64,000 nt of DNA, from assembly GCA_951406725.2 (NCBI GenBank), contig OX597814.1, forward strand, positions 27,218,001 to 27,282,000, read 5' to 3'. Position numbers and translations under genes: made by a program. The notes below the pieces were generated by a model. That model ran no database searches and had not been told where the DNA came from. It was given only the letters and a program-made list of their open reading frames with translations. Positions 12,181 to 25,692 of the stretch are shown here, piece after piece. Position 1 is the first letter of the stretch; each line of letters starts with the position of its first letter. Origin of the DNA: Octopus vulgaris (lineage: Eukaryota).

Positions 12181-13389
12181 TCCACCTTTGTTCATCACTC
12201 ATTACATTTACCTATACTTCTATCTCTAACCATCTATTGATCTATTGCTCTGTCCTCTTCCCTATTATACATTGTCTGTATCCTCTCATATCCACCCTTT
12301 TGTAATGTGAGATGTTCTGGTATCCTGTTACTACCATCTCTAGCTTCTTTCCAGCTATTCCCACCCATTGCAGGGTAGCCTCTATAACAGGACACCTGGG
12401 CTTGTCCCCCTATCACACTTTAACTTCTCAACACTTGGCATAGAACCACTGCCCCGCCTTCTCCCCTTTTAGTTGAGGAGACTATTTTCTCCTTTCTTCT
12501 TATTCTTTTGTCTTGCAGGTTACTTAGTGATCTCACTAATGTTGGTTGACATGAAAAAAGCAACCATTACACTCTGTAAAGTGGTTGGCTTTAGGAAGGG
12601 CATCCAGCCATAGAAACACTGGAGCTCAGTGCAGTTCTATAGCTCATCAGATTCAGTCAAACCATCCAACACATACCAGCTTGGAAAATGGACATCAAAT
12701 GATGATGATGATGACAAACATGTCCACACACACCAGATACTTGATAAACAACTACAACCCTTCACTGCCACACAATAGCTATCACCATCACTTGCCAAAC
12801 AATTCCCCGACTTTCTTCAAAGTACATACCAATTACCGCAAGATATTCACACACAAATGAAGAAAACAAAAACACTTTTTACAAATTTCAAAAAAGCACA
12901 AGGAAACAAGTTCTATCAAGTAACTGAATTAAGATTGCTCAGAATTCAACAATGTCACAATCACCAACAGAGAGACACTGCAGAACACATATTCAACAAA
13001 ATAATTATAGACACATCTAAAAAAAAAATTTTTTTTTTTTTAATTAAAAGAAAAAAAAACACACATATATCTCACAAGGCAACATCAAAAAATACAACCA
13101 CAATTACCACAAACCAGATATAGCCAAGGGAGAAAACATCAAATGCAATATATATACAAAGAAAATAAACTCAGCATCAAACAACTAAACAATGAAATTT
13201 TTAAAAATAATAAACTGCAGGAAAATAGAAAATAAGCAAACATTTATATTTAATGTAAAACACAAAACACTATAAGGAGTAATTAAATATAATCATCACC
13301 ATTAACAAGTCATATCACATCCCATTTCACAGTAACAACCTCAGATAATATACCCACACTGCAAGCACCAAGTAAACACCCTTATCAGG

Positions 13390-13700
13390 CATTTCAGAAA
13401 ACTAGTGGTGGAGGATGAGCAATAATGACATTCATGTGGAAATTGTGAGCATTGACAATAATCATTTGGCTGATCTGTTCCTGGAGACGTTCAGCACAGG
13501 GACTATGGATAACTTCCAGAAATCTCTGACGTAGCAGTTCTATGGTGAAGTGAAGAGGCATTGCTGGATAAACATAAATTCTGCACATATGGAAGTGCTG
13601 TCAACTGGAAATGACTGAAGATGCAAGCAAAGAAATTAGACCGTTCTGCATGCACTGATTCTATGTCCAAGCATTGCTGACCTGTTGAATAGCTGCTGTT
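13390..13700 (+). mobile_element. Decayed RTE-type LINE C-terminal fragment
   Basis: RMSNNDI…IVSI and MDN…QFYGEVKR resemble the RTE 'RI.N.EVL…SIE' and 'RM…R.PKQLFYGEL' motifs. Confidence 0.4.
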
Positions 13701-14160
13701 GTGTGCAGAACAGATCCAGCTATTGGTTAAATCCATAGTGAAGATTGTTTTGCTGCCTTCCTTTGTCCAGGAAGAGCAAGGAAGGTGCCACACAGTGGAA
13801 CTGAACCCAGAACCATGCGGCTGGGAAGCAAACTTCTTACCTAATAGAAAATTATTATTAAAATCTGGCAGACAGCATTTAAGTATAGTTTCTGCTGAGC
13901 TAAGTCCAAGATCCACTTCCATTCTTGTATTATTATTTTTCTTATCTAATTCTTTTTCTTGGGAAAGGTGTGACCATCACAACTTATCATTTCTCATCTC
14001 CTTACAATTTCAGATTCCAATACTTATGCAAGAACTAGTTTTGAAACTCAGTAAAATAACAAGACCAATATTATTAGTAGTAAAAGCAGCAACAATGATT
14101 CATCTTCTTCATGAACAGAGAGAAATAAAAATAAAAGTTTATATAACTAACTTGCTTCCC

Positions 14161-14379
14161 AGCTTTCGATACCAACCCGGCTGAAACCGCCTCTGGATCT
14201 CTAGTACAAATGTCTTGTTTTCATAAGTTTTGAATTAAAATCTTCCACCAAACCTTAGTCACAATTTATGTTGCTAACACTATATTAATGATTAAGTTAT
14301 TTTACTAAATTCTTTGTTATATTTAAAATTAATTGAAAGAAACACAGAGCACTTAAAAATAAATATGGTAACGAAAGGG
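14161..14379. mobile_element. piggyBac-like MITE (family 2); diverged second copy at ~26775-26991
   Basis: Termini (c)ctttcgatacca…tggtaacgaaaggg with TTAA-like flanks; shared internal 'aaatcttcca.caaa' sequence. Confidence 0.55.
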
Positions 14380-14919
14380 TTAGGCTTGCTTTTCTCAAGA
14401 ATGCATACATTATCATTACTATCAACCACTTCTACCATCTTCCCCATGATGATAGTGGCGGTGGTGAAGAGTGCTGTTTTCCATGCTGGTATGGATTAGA
14501 TAAAGGGTCTGCACAACAGCATTATATTCACCTGTTAATCTCATCACTGTTGCATTCTGTAAGTAAGGTTTTATGCTCTCTACAGTTATTGACAATAGCC
14601 TGACATCCTATCGAAGGAAAAATTTATTCCTGATACACTTAATACCATTGAACTGGAACTAAACACCAGTCCTTAAAAGAATATTAGGGGTTACAGGGAG
14701 GTATTTATAGGTATTTATCTTACACTGTATAACCTCATGAGGTGTAGTAGCACCCCTTAAAAGCTTAGAGGATAGACATCATCTTTCATTGAGCTACACT
14801 CAATAGCAGGAATTCATATAAGTGATCATTGTAAGCAAATAAACTACATATGAAGTGCAGATCATACTTACAACAGTGAGCTTGTACCTACTCTTAATGC
14901 TTATTTACACCTATTTACT

Positions 14920-15219
14920 GCTCAGAACTAATTAATGAGTTTATGGCCAAAGCACTTACATCTCTTATGGCACAGTCTTCATCATCATTATCATCAACAT
15001 TTAATGTCTATTTTCCATAGTGGCATGGGCTGGATGGCTTGACAGAAACTGGAAAGGCCAGAGACCACAGACCGTGGAACTTGATGTAACCAGTTTCTGT
15101 CAAGCCACCCAACCCATGCTAGCATGGAAAACAGACATTAAAGGATGATGATGATGATGATTACTGTGCCATAAGAGAGACAAGTGCTTTGGACATGAAA
15201 TCATTAATTAGTTCTGAGA
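14920..15219. repeat. Long inverted repeat (~130-bp arms, ~36-nt spacer)
   Basis: ctcagaactaattaatga…gacagaaactgg is the reverse complement of ccagtttctgtc…tcattaattagttctgag. Confidence 0.9.
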
Positions 15220-15378
15220 GCAATGAGTTGTTTCCACTCTGTGACATTTACTTTCACGTAGATGGACTGCACTATTTGAGAATTAAGCTTGTGAACCAGA
15301 GCCATCATCTGGTAAAGTGACACCGTATTAACTCAACTAGCTGTATTTCTCAAATAACAAATGTGTTTTAGATAACTA

Positions 15379-15510
15379 CTAGCAGTAAGAGTTAAAAATG
15401 TGTGTGTCAAGTTTCATCAGAATCGGTTGATAGCCGTGGTCAGAGTGAGGGTACGAGAAAACAGACACACAGAAAACACACAGACAAACTGCCGTTTATA
15501 TAGAGAGAGA
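15379..15510 (-). mobile_element. Short internally deleted non-autonomous Helitron
   Basis: The minus strand reads A|TCTCTCTCTATATAAA…ACTGCTAG|T, with termini resembling the 31240-32993 Helitron. Confidence 0.5.
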
Positions 15511-15570
15511 TAACATTGTTTGCCAGATACTTTTAAGGAAGATAATTTGGGTGCCAACAGTATATCTATC

Positions 15571-15905
15571 TGAGACCCCCTTCGGTCACGACACAGACCA
15601 TGGGATTGCACCTAGAAAGTTACCCTCCCAGGCTCAAGTCCGGGCAAGGTTGTTTATGGAAGACCAGCAGTCGCCCATGCATACCGGCCTTCCCTCTCCA
15701 CGCCACCAGTTATCCAAGAGAAAGGCAAAGGCTGATACAGCTTGGCACCTGTGATGTCGCAACTCATTTCTACAGCTGAGTAAACTGGAGCAACGTGAAA
15801 TAAAGTGTCTTGCTCAAGAACACAACATGCAGTCCGGTCCGGGATTCGAGCTCACAACCTCACGATCGTAAGCTCAATGCTCTAACCACTGAGCCATGCG
15901 CCTTC
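15571..15905 (-). mobile_element. tRNA-derived SINE (family B), young, with 14-bp TSD
   Basis: A box (tggctcagtggttagagc) and B box (gctcgaatccc) on the minus strand; TSD acagtatatctatc at 15557-15570 and 15906-15919. Confidence 0.9.
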
Positions 15906-16493
15906 ACAGTATATCTATCAACCACATTATATTCCTGCATTGAAAACAAAACAAGGCAAAAATTGAAAACTTATATGCAAGAGCTGATAGTTCTAAACTT
16001 TCACCTGTGACCCAAACATTTGTACCAGAGTACTAATGGTAGCATAATCACATGCATATTACCCAGGGATGCATCTGCACAGAGAGTAAGGAAAACAATT
16101 TGCTTCAGATCATCATAATTATTGTAGTCAAAACAAAAGCTAATTTATCAATAGTTCTTAATGAGTGAGGAGAATAACATGTTAGATCAATGAATAAATA
16201 TTAAATCTAATTTTAATTGTTATGAATTACATGCAATTCATCTTGTTACTGTATGCATAGAAGGATAGTCTAATTTATTATTGTAAGATATGATAAAGCA
16301 AAGATATGGCAAACAGAAACAGGAATGTGTTGGACTGTATGACTTGAACTGAGTTCAGAGTCCACTGATTCTGCTATTGGAGATAAAGATAAGTACAAGC
16401 ATCAGTAATCCAATGAAGTTGATACAATGAACTACAGGGCTATTCTCCACAAAAATTGACCTGAGTGTCTTATCCCACTGGATTATAGGGATC

Positions 16494-16668
16494 ATCATCA
16501 TCATCATCATCATCATCATCGTTTAACGTCCGTTCTCCATGCTAGCATGGGTTGGACGGTTCGACCGGGGATTTGGGAAGCCAGAAGTCTGCACCAGGCT
16601 CCAGTCTTATCTGGCAATGTTTCTACAGCTGGATGCCCTTCCTAACGCCAACCACTCCGTGAGTGTAA
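16494..16668 (-). mobile_element. RTE LINE 3' tail with (GAT)n end, young
   Basis: Same tail as the one attached to the RTE coding fragment at 45140-45982. Confidence 0.8.
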
Positions 16669-17382
16669 CCACGAAAGAATTAATATAATTGATCTTAAAT
16701 GAATTAACTTGATAGAGGTAACCCCTCTCCTTTCTATATACACACAAGGAGTAGAAGTTACTACAACAAATAGTACAATAGTACAACAAACACAACAAAT
16801 ACTAGTACTAAAGTACTAGTACAGCTAGTAATCAAAGCTATTTTACATTGCTGCTAAATCTTAGGGTGACTGGGTTGTCACTCCTTTACAACACTAAAGC
16901 AATGCTACTGAACGAAGAGGAACTGCCAAACTTTCAGCTTGTTTGATCACCATTATAGGTACTAGTAAGAAATTGCAGTTAATTCAGTCAACCACTCTTC
17001 CTATCCTATAAATAGTGCCCCTTAGAACTTCAACAGTGAAAAAAAAAAAAGAAGAAAACAATACAAAGAACCAATGAACGAACTCTGTGCAGTTGACATC
17101 CAATTAGGATAGGAATTACCTGGTCTTCCTTAAAATTACACCCCATTATCTTGAAAAAGGGAAAGGTACAATCAGACAATAAAGTTCCTGGTATACAAAA
17201 CAAGAAGGGATAGTAATAGCTGGAATATCTTTGACCTGGGACTATACAACTTTATGCAATAGGCCCACCCATTACTTCATATGGTAAACCACTACAGTAT
17301 ATCAGAGATGAGATATCAGGAGCACACCTGGTCATTTGACTAAGTATAGGTGTCGTAAGTTTGGCCACTCAGTGGCTATACA

Positions 17383-17769
17383 GGGGGGAAGCACACCGTC
17401 GGTTACGACGACGAGGGTTCCGGTTGATCCGAATCAACGGAACAGCCTGCTCGTGAAATTAACGTGTAAGTGGCTGAGCACTCCACAGACACATGTACCC
17501 TTAACGTAGTTCTCGGGGATATTCAGCGTGACACAGAGAGTGACAAGGCCGGCCCTTTGAAATACAGGTACAACAGAAACAGGAAGTAAGAGTGAGAGAA
17601 AGTTGTGGTGAAAGAGTACAGCAGGGATCACCACCATCCCCTGCCGGAGCCTCGTGGAGCTTTAGGTGTTTTCGCTCAATAAACACTCACAACGCCCTGT
17701 CTGGGAATCAAAACCGCGATCCTATGACCGCGAGTCCGCTGCCCTAACCACTGGGCCATTGCGCCTCCA
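17383..17769 (-). mobile_element. tRNA-derived SINE (family C) with probable Nin-like central domain, 7-bp TSD
   Basis: Head gtggaggcgcaatggcccagtggttagggcagcgg; TSD ctataca on both sides. The central domain label is from recall and is unverified. Confidence 0.85.
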
Positions 17770-18820
17770 CTATACAATAACAACAACAGGTATGCCTTTT
17801 GAGAGACCAACAATGTCCGATACTGATCGTTCTTAAATCCTGTTATTGCAACTTGATAAGCTCATCATTTTACATTAATTTTCTGCAACATTTATTGGGT
17901 TTTGAAGTGTATCACTAACTGTTGTGCTCTCTCCTCTCTCTCTCCCCTCTCTCTCTCTCTCTCTCTCTCACTCACACACACACTGTTTCCATCAACCAAA
18001 TTCCTTGAAAAGGCTTTATTGGTCAGCCTAGGGCTATAGTAAAATATATTTGACCATGTGCCATTAAGTGGGGCTGAACCTGAAACCACATGATTGTGAT
18101 GCAAACTTCTTAACCACTCAACCAACATATCATCATCATTATCATCATTTAACATTCATTTTCCATGCTGGCATGGGTTTGACAAGAGCTGACCAGATGA
18201 AGGTCTGTTCAGGCTCCCTGTTTGTTTTGGCATGGTTCCTACAACTGGATGCCCTTCCTAACGCCTGTATTAAAAAAAATGAGCCTGTATTCAAAAACAA
18301 CCATGCTTTTACTTAGCTTCACATATCTTATTGAGTCTACACCTGTCACATGTTCCCTCTAAAATAAAATGAAGGGATATATATACAGAGAAAGAAAAAC
18401 AGGGGATGTTGTGACTTTCATCCATTCTATGAGAACATTAGCAATACAAATGATGAATTGGAACTCAGTTACAAACCCTTCTTGTCTTTTGTTCAAATCA
18501 TCGTCTATAAGGCTTAGATATGAACAGTTAAGCAATTATTTTTTCCCAGCTGTACAAAGCAGTTTATTCAAAAATGTTTTGAGTTGTTTTTGTTTATGTA
18601 ACTGGTGGTAGAAGAAAATCATAAAAATTCTTTATAAAATTTCACTCAAGCGTTTATATAAATATAACATATATATTATTTTATCACATATCAATTTTTA
18701 AATTGATAACGTAAAAAGTTATCAAAACATTTTTATTTATTTATTGTTTCCAGGATTTCTTTTGCAAAAAAAAAAAAAAATTTTTTCTCATTACTTTTAA
18801 GATTTCGGCTTTAAACTTGA

Positions 18821-18869
<49 letters not shown>

Positions 18870-19669
18870 CGTGTGTGTGTATAAGACAGAGAAAGAAAAA
18901 GGAGTGTACAAGCATACGGATGTACAAGCACACACGCACGCATGCACACACAAATGTTTTGAATAACATGAGACTTTCTTTAGAAATTACATAATTTTAT
19001 AGCTAATATCTAACATTACAGACTGCAAAATAATGAACTGTAATAAACCACAATCATCATCATCTGAATGTCCATGGCTTAATGCTGATAGGAGAGAAAA
19101 TTTTCTTTCTAATAAAGTCTTGTGCAATGCAGTATCCAATGACCTTGTGAACCAATATAAGTGGTCAACACAGGGCAATGGCTGTTCATTCCAAGGTGAT
19201 CTGGCTATTTATTTCCAGTGACTACTACTAACTGAACTGCTGCAATGTTAAATGAGGTATTCAAAATACAGCAACACAATGTAATGAAAGCTAGCATGTA
19301 TTTGGCCATTGTGATGAATTGTCATTACAGGTGGATGCACATCTGTTTGATAACTACTCAACCATGAAATAGAAACCAGTTAATTAATAATTAGTCAGAG
19401 AGACAGTGCCAATGACCTTTGTATGCCTACAGCGAAGCAGAGTTTTCTCCCTTGCTCTGAGACTATACAATGGGTGTGGTAAGATTTGAATTAATGATAA
19501 TATAGTTTGATAAGTGTGTTCAGCTCATGGTTATTATATCAACCAACATAAATTTTAAATAATTGTTCACACAAAGCACACCATATGTATCCTGGTTTGT
19601 AAGAAGAGGTATCCCATGTTGTAAGAGGCAACTAAGAAGGTCGATATCAGAAGAAAAAAACAAGTATAC

Positions 19670-19932
19670 CTTACAGAAATATGCTCACTGCACACAAACC
19701 TATTCATGCAAGAGAGAAACCACATTACTGTGATATCTGTGGTAAAGGATTCCCTGTGAAATTTAACTTACATTCAAATGTATTCAGTGTTATCTATGTA
19801 AATCATTTTCTCAAATAAATAGCATAACAAAACACAAACATATTTATACAAGAGAGAAACTGTATCACTGTGATATCTGTGTAAATCATTCTCTAAAGAT
19901 GTTACTAAAGTAAATATGTATGTATTCATTCA
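19670..19932 (+). pseudogene. Degenerate C2H2 zinc-finger array fragment
   Basis: HKPIHAREKPHYCDICGKGF and KSFSQINSITKHKHIYTREKLYHCDIC-KSFS; linker and finger motifs with frameshifts and lost ligands. Confidence 0.8.
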
Positions 19933-20506
19933 GACATTTAACTATATTTCTGTCAACATTTAGAGTGTGATAAATATACTTCAGCAAACATAGTACTACA
20001 TTTTTGTACATCAAATTGCTTTTCTCACTGACATAAAACAGTGCCTCAACTGATGATGATTACCTGGCTATGGATGCCTTTAACAGAATCCACTCTTAGT
20101 TGCAAACATTTAGACCAGATTTGCCTGCAGAGGCCTGGTCTAAATGCTTACTCCAACTAGTTTTAGAGGTTCTGAAAAAAACCACAAGCATAGCCATTAA
20201 AATAAAATAAAATTAATTTTTTTCTAATCACAATGGTCCAAAACCCGTGTTTAATTTCCCACCATCACCACCACCTTCCTTCCAAGATATAATACCAGTC
20301 TATGACATTTCTAGAACATTTAATAACTGTTCCCCACAAAGACAGACAACTGAAGTATATATCAACTTGTCATGGCCTAAGCTACAAGGAAATATTTGTG
20401 GTGGATTTGAACCCAAGATCCATTGGATTATCCATGATAATCCAATAAATTATCCACTTAATATCAAATCTCATACAGTTTCCCAGTCTTGAGGTATCCT
20501 CTACAT

Positions 20507-20814
20507 CAGTGGTTCCCAAACTTTTTCAGGATGCCACCCCCTTGATATCCAAGCCATATACCTAGTGCCCCCCTCTCAAGTAAGTATCACAAACAGACCT
20601 CTTTCTGAAGCAAGTTCAAAGCAACTGTATTTTACAAATAAAACTTAACCTAACAAACCCATTATTTTGTTGTTTTTACATGAATCGTTACCCCATAATT
20701 GCCCCACATTTTACATGAATCGCTACCCTATTATTGCCCCACTTTTCTTCAATGCCCCCTTGGAACTTTCCACCGCCCCCAGGGGAGCAATACTGCCCAC
20801 TGTGGGAACCACTG
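20507..20814. mobile_element. hAT (Charlie-like) MITE
   Basis: TIRs cagtggttcccaaa…tgtgggaaccactg; 8-bp TSD ctctacat/ctcttcat. Confidence 0.88.
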
Positions 20815-22029
20815 CTCTTCATGATCGCTAGAAATAGCAACTAAATTTCATGTATCTACAGTCATAAAAGAAGGAAAGATAGAATGGAAAATCTAGTCCT
20901 ACGTATGCAAAATGATGAGCTACTGAAAGATGGAATGATTTTGATCATTAGTCTGCTTCATTGGAGCTGATCTGGAGACAAACACAACAGACACATTGTA
21001 TAGGCCACCACACTATGAAGCAATGCAAAACTCTCTATATCAGAAAATTCATCAGCTTCACAGGTCTTGTTCTATATTGTATAACACTGGATCTATAAAT
21101 AGATATATATATACAGAGAGAGAGTGAGAGAGAGACAGACAGACTAAGATCTAATAAAAGATTTGGCACTATATGACAATGGTCCATAAACATAACTGAT
21201 GAATACCTGACAGACATAACTTTCAATGAAATTATCCTTTTCTGTCTTTTAGGTTAGTGGGACAGACAAATATAGCAATAGAGGATTTGCATTTAACACT
21301 GCTACATAACAAAACACTCATCAGTTAGTCAGTAATCCCACTGCTTACACTAGAGAAATTTTACTTCCACATGATACTGATAGGATATATGTACAGCACT
21401 CTTTCAACATGACTGACTGAAACTGAAACCAACTGTTGTTATTGTTGTTGTTGTTGGTGGTGGGTTTTTTAACCAGAAGTAAACTGTCTTGTAATCTAGA
21501 ACTACACTGTCCATATTTTTTAAGATGGTAAGATATGATTTGAGGAAGATTTGCTGCTATTTCTAGCAGATAGACTGACCACATAATTACCTCATTGGAA
21601 CAAATTATTTCAATATATATTTTTGTTTTAGTGAGTAGTGATCACATTAACATAGGTTGTAAGCTTCTACCAAACTAAGCGTGTTTGGTTAAGGCAACAA
21701 TGAAAACAGGCAAAGGGTACACAGAGACATGACAACCCCTTATTCTTAAGCTCTTTTACTTCTACTTTTAAGGAGTGGTGGGTGGGGGCTTATAGCATCT
21801 AACCTTCCCAACCTCAGCCTCACAGATTTTAAACATACTCCTAGTCCCTAACCCTATTTCCATTACTGGACCCAGGTTTGATAATTAGAGGCGACTATTT
21901 TATTTGACTGGCCATTAATGCTTCTTGTAAAAAATAAACATCACAACGTCCCTCTCACCCCTCCCAGTTATGTGATTTCAAGCTTAATAGTAATGAATTT
22001 ATTGTATACAGTGCTCAGATGCACCACAA

Positions 22030-22612
22030 CTCATCAGAAAAAGTAGCCAAAAGTGTAAGAACTGTACATAGAATATGCATATGAAGTGAACAATAAATGA
22101 ATCATTTTAAAAGAAAAGTGGGGCACGTCAGGTGTACTGTTGAAGAATTTCAGGAAACATGGAAGTTTTGAAGGATGTAGTGTTCCAACAGTGAACAACT
22201 GATGCAGATAGTTTATTCTATGCTTCAGCAATTCTAAATATGATAAACTGTTTCTGAAAACCATGAGTGTTGTGTTGCTTTTTCATTTTGTAAGCATATC
22301 CTCAAGTGTTAGACATATGAAATTCAAAAAGGTACCCTAGATTGTTGTTGGAAAGATGGTGGATAATCTTGCAGATGTCTACCAAGTGAGTTGCCAGACA
22401 TCAGAGCTTTAATGTGTCCCTGCCCAGGTAAGCAAAATGTTCAGAGTATGGTAGATGCTACATTGTGGGTATTTGTCTGGTTGCAGGTTTCTGAACAGTT
22501 TCCAGTAGATTGACATGCTGAGCAAGATAGGGGTTCCAGGCTGATGATGCAAACTCTGTGAGTGTGGGCATACCATAGTCGTATACAGCTTTAAATATAT
22601 TTCTTTACTATC
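22030..22612 (-). mobile_element. CR1-clade LINE 3' fragment
   Basis: Broken translation LKLYTTMV.PH.EFASSAWNPYLAQHVNLLETVQKPATRQIP…DTLKL…RGYAYK. A second partial copy at ~22905-23012 duplicates ~22304-22412. Confidence 0.75.
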
Positions 22613-22825
22613 CACAGGGGGCTAAACATAGAGGGGACAAACAAGGACAGACAAAGGGATTAAGTCGATTACATCGACCCCAGTGCGAAACTGGTACTTT
22701 TTTTATCAACCCCGAAAGAATGAAAGGCAAAGTCTACCTCAGCGGAATTTGAACTCAGAACGTAACATCAGACGAAATACCGCTAAGCATTTCGCCCGGC
22801 GCGCTAACGTTTCTGCCAGCTCGCA
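22600..22825 (-). mobile_element. tRNA-derived SINE (family D, Meta/MESC-like core), young
   Basis: Minus strand has the gagttcaaattccgc B box and a tttgcctttcattctttcggggttgataaa..aagtaccag core; older copies at ~25065-25270, 25285-25500, 33243-33425 and 33870-34075. Confidence 0.75.
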
Positions 22826-23805
22826 GTTGGAGAGTGGCTGACAAAGGTCTTACTGGGTGATACTAAGACACTCTCAGCCTTCTTGACAATCTTAGAGACG
22901 TGCACAAGTGTGAGACATGAAATTCAAAAAGGGGCCCAAGGTTGTTGTTGGAAAGATGGTGTATAATCTTGTGGGTGTCTACCAAATTAGTTGTCAGATG
23001 TCAGAGCTTTAATTGTACAGAGCAGCACTTTGAGCAATAAATGCCTTTTATTTTAGCCACAGGTCAACCTATCTTCACTACAATCTCTTTTCTTTTCCAA
23101 ATATATGCCCCTCTATCATAATTTAGCCTCTCATCACCTAGCACAAAGCCATCTCTATCAATACTACTCCTCCCTCAGTTCAGAGAGCCTCGTCTTGCAC
23201 ATCACTTGGTGACCTCACTAGTGCTGGTGCTATGTAAAAAAACACTCAGAACACTCTGTAAAATGGTAGGCATTAGGAAGAACATCCAGCCACCGAAACC
23301 ATGCCAAAGCAGACTTTGATGTAATCCTCTGGCCAGTGTAGAAAATGGATGTTAAATGATGATGATGATGACAACAAGAATAAGCGGAAGCTTGTCAGAG
23401 AGAATACCTCTGCTCTTAGGTGGTAGGCTTAACATACTGCCAGGTTCAACATCACCACTTCACTTTTAGGTATTTTTAGCAGAGGCCACTGAGGATAACT
23501 TTTGTCTTTTCTTCATACTAGTCTAAGAGGTCCAAAGAATTACACAGGCACTGCCCCTTCCTCCTCTAAGTTGGTAAAAAAAAAATCCACCGGTGTTAAT
23601 ATAACTGATCTTACATTAATAGATACATTGATCATGAAAATTCAATGTATTTATTTTTTATTTGTTTCAATCACTGGACTGTGGTCATGCTAGAGCACTG
23701 CTATTAAAGGATTAGACAAACTGACCTAGTGCTTCCGTTTTTGTTTAAATCCTGGTACTTGTTCTATCAATCTCTTTTGCTAAATTGTGAAAATGTAAAC
23801 ATTTT

Positions 23806-24400
23806 GGCTGTGTGGTAAGAAGCTTGTTTCCAACCACATGGCTTGAGGTTCAGTCCCATTGTGTGGCACCTAGGGTAAGTGTCTTTTACTACAGCTTTGG
23901 GCTAACCAAAGCTTTGTGAGTGGATTTGGTAGACATAAACTGAAAGAAGCCCATTGTGTGTGTGTGTATTTGTCCCTCATCATTGTTTCACAATGATGTG
24001 TTGATATGTTTATGTCCCTGTAACTTAGCAGTTTGGCAAAAGAGACTGATAAAATAAGTACTAGACTTACAAAGAATAAGTCCTGGGGTCGATTTATTTG
24101 ACTAAAACTCTTTGCGGCGATGTTCCAGCATGGCCACAGCCAAATGACTGAAACATGTAAAAGAATAAAAGAATAAAGAAAAAATCAACACCAGTTGACA
24201 AGCGGGTGGGGGTGACAAACACAAAGACACATACACACACACATATATATATATGTACAGGTTTCCACACAGTTTCCATCTACCAAATTCACTGCCTGGC
24301 CCAGAGCTATACTAGAAGACACTTACCTAAAGTGCCACAGTGGGACTGAACTAGAATCTAAGTGGTTACAAGGCAAGCTTCTTAAATACACAGCCATACC
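23806..24400. mobile_element. Two family A SINEs tail-to-tail (+ 23806-24180, - 24183-24400)
   Basis: Family motifs in opposite orientation, directly adjacent. Confidence 0.8.
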
Positions 24401-25541
24401 TCCTGTCTCCGTTTACTTAGTATTGGAATCACATGCAATAAATATCTAATTCAGAATTTCTCAACATTTCAGTTTGTAGGAATGAAAGGAAATATCAAGG
24501 CTGTGTTACACTCATACCAACACCTTTTACATGTATGTAAAAGGTATGAATGTCACACAATCATATAAAATTTAGATGAGTAAAGGAAGGAGAAGGGAAA
24601 AAAAATTAAGTGGTCTGAATGAAAAGAAAGGAACTAGTCATGAAAACTAAACAATGGGTTTTAGTTTGCAGTGAGTTTATCACAGAAATCCTTATTTCCG
24701 ATATCTGAACATACCCCTCTCTTCCCCACACTGCATAAGCACAAAAGCATTATTTTTAGGAAAACAGATGTAGTAAATGTAATCGCCCCTACATTGATTT
24801 GTTATGGGCACTAGTTAGTTCTCCTACTACTCCTACTCACAGGATAAAAGGTGAAAATCAGTCCTGGTTTTGACCCAGAGCAATGAATTATGTAATTAGA
24901 ACAAGGGCAAAACACACACACACACACAGTAACAGTATAGGCAATGCCACTACCACTTTAGTATTGACTCTGGTAAATATTATGATTAATATTAATTAAT
25001 CATAATTAAAATCATGATTAATATTAATTCCTCTGATAAATATTATGATTAATATTTCTGCTATGGCAAAGCTGACAAAATCATTAGTGTGCTGGAAAGA
25101 ATGTTTGGAGGCATTTCTCCCCAACTCTTTACGGTCAAATTCCGCCATGGTCAACTTTGCCTTTCATCCTTTCAGGGGCAATAAAATAAGTACCAGTTTA
25201 GCACTAGGGGTTGATATAATCAACCTATTCCTGCACTAAAACTGCTGGTCGTGCACCAAACTTTGAAACTATTAAAGCAATGTACTGGCAGAATTGTTAA
25301 GGCATAGGATAAAATACTTTGCAGCATTTCCTCTGTTTGTTTACACTCTGAGTTCAAATCCTAGCAAGCTCAATTTTGCATCTCATCCTTTAAGAGTCAA
25401 TAAAATAAAGTATCAGTTCAATACTAAGGTTAATAGTATCAACTAACCCCCTTTTCCTCAATACTATTCACCTTTGACCAAAATCTGAAACAATATTAGA
25501 TGCTACAGCAAAACCAAAAATGGTTTCCTGAACAAAATAAC

Positions 25542-25692
25542 CAGGGCCAGCTCAAGGAACCAGAAACTTGGGCAATTGCCCAGGGTGCCATGCAGGGTGT
25601 GTGACAAAGACAAGAATATTTCCATGACCATCAGCTTGTAGATGCCGAAGTTCAGCTAGCCTGGGGTGCTAGCAACCCTAGGGCCAGCCCTG
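25542..25692. mobile_element. Small hAT-like MITE
   Basis: Imperfect TIRs cagggccagc…gccagccctg; flanks aaaataac/caaatgac (6/8). Confidence 0.45.

Noticed and set aside
13503-14184. Overlapping 139-aa and 161-aa ORFs
   Set aside because: They cross a LINE relic and a SINE fragment, so they are chance open frames.
15830-15905. tRNA-like sequence (also at 17690-17769, 39910-39980 and 61520-61592)
   Set aside because: These are SINE heads: they continue into repeat bodies, some with TSDs, and lack a proper acceptor stem.
18987-19221. Unique ~200-bp segment open on both strands
   Set aside because: Splice signals are weak and no motif is recognisable; I cannot choose a strand or support an exon.
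24975-25057. AT-only palindromic and duplicated patch
   Set aside because: Low-complexity slippage product.
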